A stretch of 64,000 bases of DNA from Lytechinus pictus (lineage: Eukaryota): contig NC_087251.1 of NCBI RefSeq assembly GCF_037042905.1, positions 49,105,358 to 49,169,357 of the forward strand. The letters run 5' to 3'. Every line of letters begins with the position of its first letter. The stretch's first letter is position 1. Made by a program: the position numbers and the translations under genes. Below the pieces are notes generated by a model. That model was not told where the DNA came from, searched no databases, and worked only from the letters and a program-made list of their open reading frames with translations. Of this stretch, positions 11,355 through 23,861 are shown one piece after another.

Positions 11355-12890
11355 AGCACTAAATGAAGATGTCAAAGAAAGATATCTTGTCATATAAAAA
11401 ACTCAATTGTATCAGAATGGGGTAATATGCAGAAAATTCAGAGTCGTTCTCAAAAAGACGTCACCATTCATTGTCCCAAAAGACTCCCAATCATGTTTTT
11501 GGCCTGTATCCTTGCAATCTTGCATTATTTCTGGGGTTTGGGGTTTTTGTAGTAACATGGATGGTAAGCATTAGCATTAGCTTGAAAAAAATTTAAAACA
11601 TCCATAACAAAACCATTCAATATACACATTTGAAAACATTTTGCTAATTTTGCAAGGTTTCTATGGATTTTTAGTTGAATAATGACAGGCATGAGTTGCC
11701 ATTACAGCACACACATGCTTGGTGGCTAGTAATGCCTTGGCTTAAAATTGTGAACAAGTTTGTCAACTTCCATACCATCAATATCTGTAATAAATTCTTT
11801 TGAAATCTGCATTTATATTCGGATCTGGGCGTTGCTAGTTTTTTTAGGTGGTCTATCTCTGACAGATCACCTCTTAATTTCGTCAGAATTTTCTTTATTA
11901 TTTATTTCTTTATTCATCTTTTCATTTTTCGCACCTATGTTTGTCGCCAACTTTTCTCCAAATCGACTGTATCAATTTCGCTGAATCTTTCGTCATATAT
12001 AAAGTCTATCGTAGACGCGCTCTACTAAGCTTTTCAAGGTCATCTGATCATGATGACGTCATCTACGCGCCATTTTGTAAAATTCTTTATTTGATCATAT
12101 CAACATAACGGATAATTAATAATCAATCATATTTACATCAAATAAACTATAGGTCAAATGTCAAAGTCATCAAAGGTCATGCAAAGGTCATGACGTGCGC
12201 GTCAAAATTGAAAAATGCTCATAATCGTCTATTATTAATTTTAGGTACGTTTCAGGTCATCTTAAGCATCTTTTTGAAAGGCAAGTCCTTTGGAACTTAC
12301 AAATCTGTGGGTGCTGTGATAAATTAATGATAAATCGTGATCATAGTTGGTTGTTTTAGAAAATTTCATGAATTATCAAATTGATATTTAATGCATGATT
12401 GAACATAAATTGCATTTTTTAGTGCAGCGTTTATCATATGGATCTCGTCATGGGGTTCATGGGAGTCAGGAGAATAGAGGGAGAGGGAGAGGTAGGATTT
12501 AAGTGGGTGAAGTAGGTTGATGGGGATAAAGGTTAACAGAACATTTAGCTCCCCCCCCCCCACTTCCCTCTCCCACCTCCCCTCCTGTTGAGATCGAGAC
12601 TGGTTGTATTACATGTATATATAAAGTCCAGAGCAGAACTTTACCTATCAATCATTTAATCAACAATTTATCAGTAAATCAACTCAATCAATGTGATCAA
12701 TCATCATAATCAGTCAATTTCTTAGTAATCATGAAATGAAAAAAAAACTGACCAATCAACCATCGGTCACTTGGCACTTTGGCAGTTAAGTTTTGAATAC
12801 CACCCAGGAAGTGAGACAGAGATGTCCAGAGGGGGGGGGGTACATGACTTGTAATTTGTGAAAGAACATGAAAATGAGAAATGCCCTTAA

Positions 12891-13296
12891 AGGTCAAGTC
12901 TACCCCAGAAAAAGTATGATTTTAATAGAGAAAAATTCCACTAGCAAAACAATGAAAATTTCATTAAAATCAGATGTAAAATAAGAAAGTTATGACATTT
13001 TAAAGTTTCGTTTATTTTCCACTAAACGGTTATATGCACATCTCAGTGACATGCAAATGAGACAGTCGATGATGTCCATCACTCACTAATTTTTTAATGT
13101 TTTTCATTGTTTGAATTATCCAATATTTCATTTTGTACAGTTTTGACAATAAGGGCCAACTTGACTGAACCATATAGTATTAAAACAATACTAATTCCAC
13201 ATGTTCAGGGAGGAATTAATCTTTGCCTCCCTTAACAATGAGGAAAAAATTAGTGAGTGGATGACGTCCTTAGTCTCCTCATTTGCATACTGACCA
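12891..13296 (+). mobile_element. Truncated Kolobok-type MITE (same family as 29107-29686)
   Basis: TTAA|AGGTCAAGTCTACCCC start, colinear with the full copy at 29107. Right end missing. Confidence 0.7.
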
Positions 13297-14059
13297 TACT
13301 AAATTTGCTTAAGAAACCAAAACTGATCTCAATTCTCAATTGATCATTAATTTAGCATAACACCCTTAACTTTGCAAACTTGTTCCAAAGGACCGACCTC
13401 TCAAAACAATGGAATGCTAATTCCTGTCCAGCATAGCCGAGCTCAGTCTCTCAGGTGGTGAGAAGTGTTGGGGGGGGGGGGAGTGAGGGAAGGGGAGGGA
13501 ATGGGATGGCCAAATGTTCTGTTGACCTTTATCCCATCAACATACTTCACCCACGTAAGTTCTGTCTCTCCCCTATTCTCCCGACTCTCATGAACAAAGT
13601 GCAGAGATCCACATGAAAAAGTTAAGACGCTGCACTAAAAATTGCAATTCATATTCACTCATGCATTCTGTAGGCTATCTGTATCGTTCAGTCAGCAAAA
13701 TACCAGGATTGGCACACCACGCTAACTTGAAGAGCACACTACGTGTAGAGTAGCTCGAAGTATTAATTGATATTTCATTTACTTTTGAAGGAGTCCAAAG
13801 ATAATGAGTTAACTATGTCTGCATTAAATTTCAATTTTAATAACTTATGAAATATTCTCATACAACAAAATAAATAAAATCAAATCAAACTGATCATGAT
13901 TGAGCATTAATTTATCACAACACCATCAACTTACTTGCCTCTCAAAAACTGAAAGAAATTGGAAGGCTAATTCCTGCCCAGCTTAATTTTCATACCCAAT
14001 GTTGTAGTGGGTAGTGCTCACTTAAGCATGAATGTGCTCTACTTAAACAAATAATTTTT

Positions 14060-16420
14060 TTCCTGGCTACTCCACTTGTACATATTTTCAATCTGTCTCT
14101 CTCTCAAGGTGTTTTTCCTGAATCGCTAAAACTTGCCAAAATTATTCCAATATATAAAAAAGATGACCCATGCCGGATTGTAAACTACCGCCCTATTTCA
14201 CTGTTACCAAGCATTTCCAAAATACTTTTCAAAAATTGTTTACAATCGTTTATACTCATTTTGGACACTAACAAATTATTAATCCCCAATCAATATGGTT
14301 TCAGAAAAAAACCACTCAACCGATTATGCAATTTTACAATTATATGATAAAATAACTGATTCACTTTAAAAAAAGGAGCACACTATTGGGGTATTTATGG
14401 ATTTATCGAAGGCGTTCGATACAATGGACCATCGCATATTACTGAGTAAACTAAAGACATATGGAATCAGAGGGATCGTACTATCTTGGTTAAAAGATTA
14501 TTAAGCTAATAGACGCCAATATGTTAATTTCAAATCCAAATCATCTAATATATGCCCCGTAATATGTGGAGTACCACAGGGTTCAATCCTGGGACCTTTA
14601 TTATTTTTAATATATATGAATGACATTATGAACACATCACCCTTACTTACATATGTTTTATTCGCAGATGACACCAACATATTTTATTCACACCACAACT
14701 TAAACATACTTGTTGCAACTCTCAATCAAGAATTAAAGAAATTATCAATATGGTTTAAATCAAACAAACTTTCACTTAACATAGATAAAACAAATTTTAT
14801 GTACTTCAAACACATTAATTCTAAACATATATCTCGCGATAATATTTATATCAATGATATACCCATTAATGAAAAACAAGAAACTAAATTTTTAGGTGTA
14901 CTGATTGATGCTAACATAACTTGGAGTAGTCACATTTGTAATATAAGCATGATGGTCGGAAGAGGCATAGGCATTTAAAGGAGAATGAAACCCTTGGAAC
15001 CAGCTGAATCCATATCAAAGAGAAAAATCAAAGAAACATATTGTTGAAAGTTTGAGGAAGATTGAATGAATAATAAGAAAGTTATGAGCATTTGAATATT
15101 GAGATCACTAATGCCATGTAGATCCTCGCATTGGCAATGCGACCAAGATCTGTGATGTCACACACGTACAACTCCCTCATTACTTTAGTACTTATTTCAC
15201 TTATATTCTCACTTTTATAGAGTCTATCACAAGGTGAGGTGTTCTCTTTATATATGGGAGGACAATTACAGAGGTTTCACAACATTATATCATTGATGAA
15301 TCGTTTGTCATATGATTAGAATGAGCAAAAAGAGATGTTTTGGGGTATATTTTCAGTGTCCAAAAGGGGAGAGTTGTTCATCTGTGACATCATAGATCTT
15401 GGTCGCATTGCCAATGGGAGGATCTCCATAGCATTAGTGATCTCGACATTCAAACGCTCATAACTCTTCTATTGCTAGTCCTATTTTACTCAAACTTTTG
15501 TTGATCTTATTCTTTGATTTTTCTGCTTTCACAAAAGCTAACTTGCTCCAAGAGTTTCATTCTCCTTTAACATTATATCTCTCAAAGATCGTTACTTATG
15601 CTCTATAATTCATTTATCTTATCGTATATATATCTTATTGTAATATTGTATGGGGAAATAGTAACAAAATCAAAATCGATTCAATATTGCGCCTTCAAAA
15701 GAAAGCACTTCGCATTTGTCATCACTCCCATTATCTCGCTCATACTGATCCTATATTTCATGATTTTAAAACATTGAAGATCTATGATATTCACACTTAT
15801 CAAACTGCTATTTTTATGTACAAATTTTCCACCAACACTATACCAACACCCTTCAGAAATATTTTTGTCTATAAGAGAGACATTCATTCATACCCTACTC
15901 GACATTCATCTGACTTTCATTTAACAAACCCAAAACTAATAATTGCTCACAAAACAATACGGCATCACGGCCCGGATGTTTGGAACAACCTACCGAATGA
16001 TATCAAACAAGCTGCATCTCTTATTATATCATTTAAAGCTTCACTAAAGAGGTACCTTTTATCAAAATACTTATAAATTCTCACCTGCACATGCACTCAC
16101 TTGCACACACTTCATCTTGCCCCCTTTCTTTTTAGTATATGTTAAGCCATATAAGTGACATCACTTTTAAATAATAAAGACCCGGTATTTTTATTATGGT
16201 TTTCATGTAGCCTTCTCTTTTCCCCTGGCTGCTCTTATTTCAAGCTTTCAGCTTACGATAGCTGGCCTCTGCATTTAAATTTATTTGTTATTGTTTACAT
16301 GAATTATGTCTATATCTACTTAACTACTATTCAATTGTCACCTTTGTAACTTGATCATTATGTATGTTTTATTTTATATCATTGTTATAAATTTGTAATT
16401 TTGATTTATTAATAAATGCA
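14060..16420 (+). mobile_element. 5'-truncated, decayed non-LTR retrotransposon (CR1/L2 group) reverse-transcriptase region plus 3' UTR
   Basis: Frames give NYRPISLLPSISKI, QYGFRKNHST, FMDLSKAFDTMDH, GVPQGSILGPLLFLIYMND, LFADDTN, YCNIVWG and LQKKALRI. Stops and frameshifts are present, and a MITE interrupts at 14979-15566. Confidence 0.93.
14979..15566. mobile_element. Kolobok-type MITE inserted in the LINE
   Basis: TTAA TSD (14975-14978, 15567-15570). TIR AGGAGAATGAAAC(C/T)CTTGGA and long internal inverted arms. Confidence 0.82.
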
Positions 16421-18155
16421 GAAATACCTGCTTAAAAAAAATAGTTTTCCAACTGTTTAGTGTCATTTGAAAGTGACTTTATTGGCTTTCCATATATTTA
16501 GAACTTTTCCCCCAAAAGTGATATATTTTTTGTTTGGCAGCCATTTAAAAAATGTATAGTTTTCTTGAGACGTTCAGTATAATGTGTCCACTAACAATAA
16601 AACATGTAGATACACAATAATATAACTGTGACAGTAGAAAACACAATCCCATAATCTTTTTTTCCGTAATATTGGACAGAATAAATAAATTCATCCTAAA
16701 ATGGGGGTGTTTTTGTAAATAAATAAATGTTAATAATATGATTGTTCCTAGTAAATGTTTAGTGATTCTACATGTATCAAAACCAACTGAACTATTTTTA
16801 CTTCAAATACAGCAACTTAAAATAGGTTTTAATCAGGCGGCCCCATTTCCCCCACTTCAGTGGGGCAAATAAGGCCACCTGACAAAAATATTTATGGCTC
16901 ATTAATATGCAAATTAGCCTGATTATTTCTAACATTTCCAGAAGCCCATTTTCGCAACATCTTCTGTTCTCCCGCTCGAGATTTAACATCTCCCGCCCAG
17001 GCCCTGTGTTTCCCGCTTGAGATGTGTTATCTCCTGCTTAAAATTATCTTTCTCCTGCCCAAACACCTTTTCATATCCAAGCCGATATTCAAGTTAAAAC
17101 TTAAGTAGAGCGTCAACGCTCCGTGCGATCTCTAGCTAGCATCATCCCTCCTTAGGCCCTCCTATGGCCTTCGTGTATGATTTGATTCATTTAATTGTTA
17201 ATTACTTAGTCCCATCCTAAGACGTACACTTCCCCCTCCCCCAAAAAATAATTATAAAAAAATATTGACCAAGAAAAAAAGAGAAAAGGGTGAAATATGA
17301 TATAATTTTTTAATATGATGATTGTCAAAGTCTATCACAAAGTTTGATTTTTGAAATAAAAATGTCAAAAATTTGGTTGCTCACTTCGCCTGCTCGCAAC
17401 TTTTGATTAATTTTACGCGATACGCCAAATATCTAGCCCCCTCAAAATTTTTGGCTCATTTCGCTACTGGTGCCATCATATATTGAAAAATTAGCCTGAG
17501 ATAGCATGAGAGAGCATCTAGAATCCTAGAGCTTCCTGGGTCTTTTAGTGAGACCTGGACCCCGGCCACAAGGTACTTCGCGCTCGTGATGTGCGCTTTG
17601 CGCACTCAAGTTGGAGTCTCGTTTGCTAGGGGATCAAGGCGGGAGAATCTCCAGATCAGAAGGTTCTTGGGGTTGGAGTCTCTGCATTTCTAATGGATGA
17701 TGTCGGTCTACTCTATATCTAGTAATAGACATCTAATCACGTTTCCACTGCTTTACATTAACAAGATATAATTGGAATTATAAAAAAAGTGGCCTTACTT
17801 TTGCTTGTCAGATCAGCAGCTGATAATGATCTAATCATGGCTGATCGGCTGCTTCACACCAATCGCCGATCATGCAAAATGTATTGGTGTGATAGTTGGC
17901 CATTTGAAATACCTCTTGGCACAATTTTTAAACAGTTTTAAAGTGAAAGCAATTCCAAACCACGTCCTGGTAGATCGTGCAATTAATCTGAGATCTCTGT
18001 GGCTTCTATTCATTTTTATTTTCCTTTCCGACAATGTTGGGAAAATGCATCATTTATATTTTTTCTTAGAAAGCAAGGGTTCATACGGAATGGTATATAA
18101 AATAGATTTGAACTCGTTAGCCCCTCAAAACAATTTTAAAACATGTTAATGAATC

Positions 18156-18231
18156 GTAAAATACTTGCATCGGTCGATAAATATCATAAACATTGCTTTA
18201 TGATATTCATCGACCGATGCAAGTATTTTAC
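18156..18231. repeat. Near-perfect hairpin (35-bp stem, 6-nt loop)
   Basis: 18156-18190 matches the reverse complement of 18197-18231 at 34/35. Loop is CATTGC. Confidence 0.9.
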
Positions 18232-20477
18232 AATCCATAATATTTTTCGGCCAATGCAAGTATTTTTTTAAATCTAGGTTGGCAGCTATACACCCGTGTG
18301 GTATCTAGGTATTGATAACAAAGACTTCAAGATGGCGACCAAAACAGACTGGGTAAGCGAACTCTTGTGCTCTTAAATTTCTTTAGATTTCTTACTATTT
18401 ATTGAAAAAAATAATTTAAAATATCAAATTCGGGGGGGAAATATTGTTTTGGCCCATTTACGTTAGTTTGGGCTCAAAACAATTTATACAATCTGTGATT
18501 TAGATCTACTTTCACCATGGGAAATCCTAGCCTCTACAGAGAGGAATGATCTCCCGGCCCAGGCTCCATGGGGAGTAAGCCTACGTTAGTGGGTGTCTGG
18601 AGAAAAAAATATTTTTCTTATTTCAAGAAAATATCACATTTTCTTTGTGAATTTGAAGAGAAATGACCTTCAGACTGACAGAAATGTAACATTTTTTTTT
18701 AAATCCAATTATTGGCTGCAAAAAAAGAAGAATGAAATAGGTAAATTTTCAGCTTTTCTCTGCCATAGACTGTGTAGGCCTAGTTAAGAAATGGACACAC
18801 ACAAATCCAAATTTTTAGCTTCCGAGAGCTGTTATAAATTTATTATTATAGCCAAAAACTTGTCCATAAAGAGTCCAATAGGATTTTTTATGCTCTTTCT
18901 GATGGTATGATTTTTATAAAGATTTGGAAACCAGATCACAATGAAAACTTGCAACAAAGTGAAAAAAATTGTACAAAACAGAAATTTCATTTTCCCATAG
19001 AAAACGCATGGGGCAATGGCAATCTCAACACACACACAAATACGGGTTTGCAATCTATCTCTAAGTCTAAATCTTTATTTCAAATAATCCTATAAGTATA
19101 AACTTGTCCTTACTGTCAAAACAAGCCCCTGAATTTTCTCTTTCCATACATGCCAAGCCCAAAAACACAATTAAGTTAGGCCCCGGCTAAGTTAGGGGCC
19201 TAATTTGGCCTAATCAGTTAATAAACTGATAATCAATTCAGACAGTCAGATCACATTTTTCTAGCACCCTGAATTTCCCGAGAAAAAATGTGCCATATTT
19301 TCCCCTAAATCAGCCTGTTTTATGCTGACACTTTTCAGTGTGGCCTGATTTTTACTCTCCAGGAGCCTCCAGGCTAGGAGTGGGCGGCCGCGTCAGATAT
19401 ACTACTGTATATTAGTCCGGTCTGTTAGCGTCAAAAACACCCTACTTGTGGACACGGTGGACAAAAGCATGATTTTTTCTCCAGACCTTTGTTTATGTAT
19501 GAGAATTAAAAATGGGGTATGCTCCAAAAAATCTGGCTGCAGGAACAGTGAAAAAAATGGGTGAAAATGTCAGAATTTATGAGTTTAGATTGGTCTGATA
19601 TATAGACTAGCGCTAGTGCAAAACTCAATAGCAGTGCATTATTTTGCATTGGTTTAGTTCTTGAATTCAGACCCTTTTTGAACAAATATTCTGTTTGTAC
19701 TCACATCTCAATGCACTAAATATCTGAATGCAGATGCTAAACAAGCCGAAGGGTGGTGGTGGAGGGGGTTGAATGTTGGTGTGTCTGTACATATTTTGGT
19801 CTTGGGGTAAAGATGTGCCATACACATTTTTTGCATGTGTTGGAAATTGTGTTGCCATGGTAACAGTGTATTATGACAAAAATAAGGTAAAAATCTTGCA
19901 GTTAGAACTACTTCCTCTGTTTTCATCAGATTCTCATGAAATTTGGCACACATATTGGTCTTGAGGTGAAGATGTCTAAGACACATTTTTGTGTGTCTTT
20001 CGGAAATTTTGTTGCCATGGTAACAACATAACATTTGGTGAAAATTGGGGAAAAAACCTTACAATTCAAATTGCTTCATCAGTTTTCAATCAATTCACAT
20101 GAAATTTGGCACACACATTGGTATTAAAGTAAAGATGTACAAGGCACTTTTTGTGTGTGTTTCAGAAATTGTTTTGCCATGGTAACAACATATTATATGG
20201 CAAAATTTAGGTAAAAACCTTGCAATTTGAACTACTTCATCAGTTTCAAACCAATTCTCATGCATGAAATATGGCTCACACATTGGCCTTGAGATAGAGA
20301 TGTGCAAGAACCTTTTTTTTGCATTTGTCAGAGTGCATTGCCTTGATAACCACATATAGCCAGAAATGCAGGGAAAACTCATCAATTGTGGATCAATCTA
20401 CTTCTCTGTTTTCAGCCTGTGCTCAGAAAAGTTTACACAAATATTCATTTTTGGTAAAGATTCATATTCAGTGTTAA

Positions 20478-21048
20478 AGGGGAATCCAGCCTTGGTCATA
20501 AAATGTTGTGTGGAAAAGGAGAAAAATAAGAATGGTGAAAGTTTGAAAGCAATCGGACAAGCAAAATAAAGTTATGGCTGCTTTAAAATTAAGATCCCTA
20601 AGGCTACTAGTATGTAGATTTCAAATTGACAATGGGTAAGTAAATTATGACAAGGGGCGAGGCTGCAAGGACAACTTTCCCATTGGCCTTGTACTTTGAT
20701 TTTTGGTTTTCTCCTAAATTCCATTGGGGCCGTAATATAAACCTGTTAGTATAATGTTTTATGTCCTCATGAAAGAAAGATACAATTTGAAGTAAAACTT
20801 TTGAAAAAGACATTTTAGTCAATTAATTATTTCTGTACATGGAAGAGTGGTCCTTCCCTTACATCATTATGACATCACGTATGCGGCCAATTTGAAGTCT
20901 TCATGGGTGTATAGTGATTACCAATGTTTACAACTTTTATATATTCACAACTTTCTTATGGTTTGTCTGATATTGTTTAAACTTTGACCTATTGTCTGAT
21001 TTTTCCTTTTCCTCTAAAAACAAGTGTTTATTTGGGTTGGATTCCCCT
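20478..21048. mobile_element. Kolobok-type MITE nested in left arm of foldback element
   Basis: TTAA TSD (20474-20477, 21049-21052). TIR AGGGGAATCCA. Absent from the mirrored right arm. Confidence 0.82.
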
Positions 21049-23861
21049 TTAACATCATAAAATAGCGCAGGGTATTCATGGTATTAATCACATTCAATAA
21101 CATTTATAGGTTCTTTTTTTTGGGGGGGGGGCGGAGGAGGTCCTTAAAAACTGACAACATAAAAATATAGAAGGTTAAAGGCCATGGCCATTAGGAACTT
21201 AAACACTCTTAAAGAAAGCACCCCTTCCATTTTTTTTTTTTTTTTTTTTGGGGGGGGGGCCTTTAGAAACTTGCCACAGAAAGATTAAAAGGAAATAATT
21301 ACAACTAGGAACTGAACCCCCCCCCCAAAAAAAAAAGGGGGGAAGAAAAATCCTTTACACTTCAGTGTATTAATTTAAAGCCTAAAACATTCTGGTTTGA
21401 TAAAAGATCATTTCCGGTGCCCAATTAATCAACGTTTTATTTATCTCCTACTCAGTATTTGTTCATTTCAGTTCTTACTCTGACTTTCTTACATCACTTT
21501 TTGCACTTTTTGCACTTAAGAGCTTTACCATACCTTCTTGTTTTGTTTCCTCTCCCCCCCCCCCTCTTTTTCTCCCTCTCTAAGTACATTTTTCTTTGCT
21601 ATTTTAAATCATTATTATCTAGCAACAATTATTCCATTTTGAATGCTTACACCTACACTGAAATATAATACCATGACATTTATTATTTTCTTCATAATCT
21701 TTTAAACAATATTTTGGCTACACTCTGTCCTAAGTAATACTATTAGCTATATTTAATGTCTAGTTTAAAGAATTGAAGAAATGGCTGCCATGATATTATA
21801 TTTTGGTAAAGGTGCATCAAATTCATAGTTGCAGCATTCAGAATGGAATAACTGTTGCTTGAAAAAAAAATGGATTTAGTTTTTTTCCGAAAATCCTCTG
21901 TGAAAATTTTAGTTATATCACTGAGTTTTCCCATTCCTGCAGTTACCACCATCTGAAAGGGATATGACTAGAATATATGTAGAGAAATAAAAGTCATCAT
22001 TTGCTCAATGAACAGTGAATACGTCCGTCCTTACTCCAATGGAAAATTATTTGCATTATTTGTGACAGTCAGATCTTGCATCCAACAATTTTGCTACTGA
22101 AACGTAATATTCATTTTTTGACAATTGGAGATGTAGGATGTATAAAGCAGGGGGCTGTCACAGAAATATACTGAAAAAATTAAATGAAAGAAAATAGAAG
22201 GCAAAAATTTTATTGTGCACATATGCATATTTTTGATATGGTATGTTATTGAGTCATGGATTTGCAAGTGAATTTCTAAAACAAGTGCAGAGATTTTTGT
22301 ATATATATATTTCAATAATTAGTTGCATGATTAAGGTACACTTTATAATATGTCAGAAAAAATATACTTGGAGAGAGAGAGAGAGGGTAAAAAAGAAGAG
22401 AGGAACCATAAGATGGTATGGTGAAGCTCAAAATCAAGAGTGATGTGATATAGTTAAAAAGAAAGAGTAGGAATGGAATATGAATAACAGACTGAGTAGG
22501 AGAATATAAATAAACAATGATTAATTGGCTACTGTAAACAATTTTTTTACCATAGCAGAATGCATTAAACATCAAATGAACGGTCTGAACTCTGAAGTGC
22601 AAATGACTCTTCTTACCTTTTAATGGGGGGGGGGTATTTTTCTGCTCTCAAAAAATATATCAGCCCCCTATTTTTTCAGGGGGGGGGGTTAAGTTCCTAG
22701 TCATAATCCTTTAACTTTTACTTTTATGAGGTCATTTTTTAAAGACCCCCCCCCCCAAAAAAAAAGGGAGTAGTGTCTCGCTTTAAAATCCAAAGACCCC
22801 TGAGGGGCAAAGGCGTAGACTGGTTGAGCATGGGGAGATAGAAGTGGTATGGGGAGGGGTGCACATCTTGGGGAGGTGGAACTAAGGTTTGGAAAATCAG
22901 CCGTTGAAAGTAGAAGGGGTACACATTTTGTTTTGCTTGCCAGTGTTGGAACTCCTTTGCCACAGCGGAAGGTTTCACATTCACCCAGTGTACCCCCAGC
23001 CTATGCCCTTGAGGGGATGCTTATTTCAAGAGTGTTAATGGACACCGCCTTTAACCTTTATTTTGATGTCAGATTTTAAGGACCAATCCCGCTCCTCCCC
23101 CAAAACCTAGAAATGTTACTGAAGGTGATTAATACCCCCACACTCATATATTTTAATGCAGTTTAGAATTTGATATGAATCTTTACCCAAAGATGAATAT
23201 TTCTTCCAACTTTTATGAGCACTGACTAAAAAAAGGGGAAGTTGTTTGATCCACAATGAGTTTTCCTGCATTTCTGGCTATCATATGTGGTTACCATGGC
23301 AATATACTCTGACAAATGCACACAAAAAATGGTTCCTGCACATCTTTACCTCAAAGCAAATGTATGAGCCAAATTTCATGAGAAATGGTTCAAAACTGAT
23401 GAAGTTGTTGAAATTGCAAGGTTTTTACCTAAATTTTGCCATATAATATGTTGTTACCATGGCAACACAATTTCTGAAACACATACAAAAAGTGCCTTGT
23501 ACATCTTTACTCTAATACCAATGTGTGTGTCAAATTTCATGAGAATTGATTTAAAACTGATGAAGCAGTTTGAATTGTAAGGTTTTTTTCCCAATTTTCA
23601 CCAAATAATATGTTGTTACCATGGCAACACGATTTTTGAAAGACACACAAAATGTGTCTTAGACATCTTCACCTCAAGACCAATGTGTGTGCCAAATATC
23701 ATGAGAATCGGATGACAACAGAGGAAGTAGTTCTAACTGCAAGATTTGTACCTTATTTTTGCCATAATACACTGTTACCATGGCAACACAATTTCCAACA
23801 CATGCAAAAAATGTGTCTTGCCCATCTTTACCCCAAGACCAAAATATGTACATACACACCA

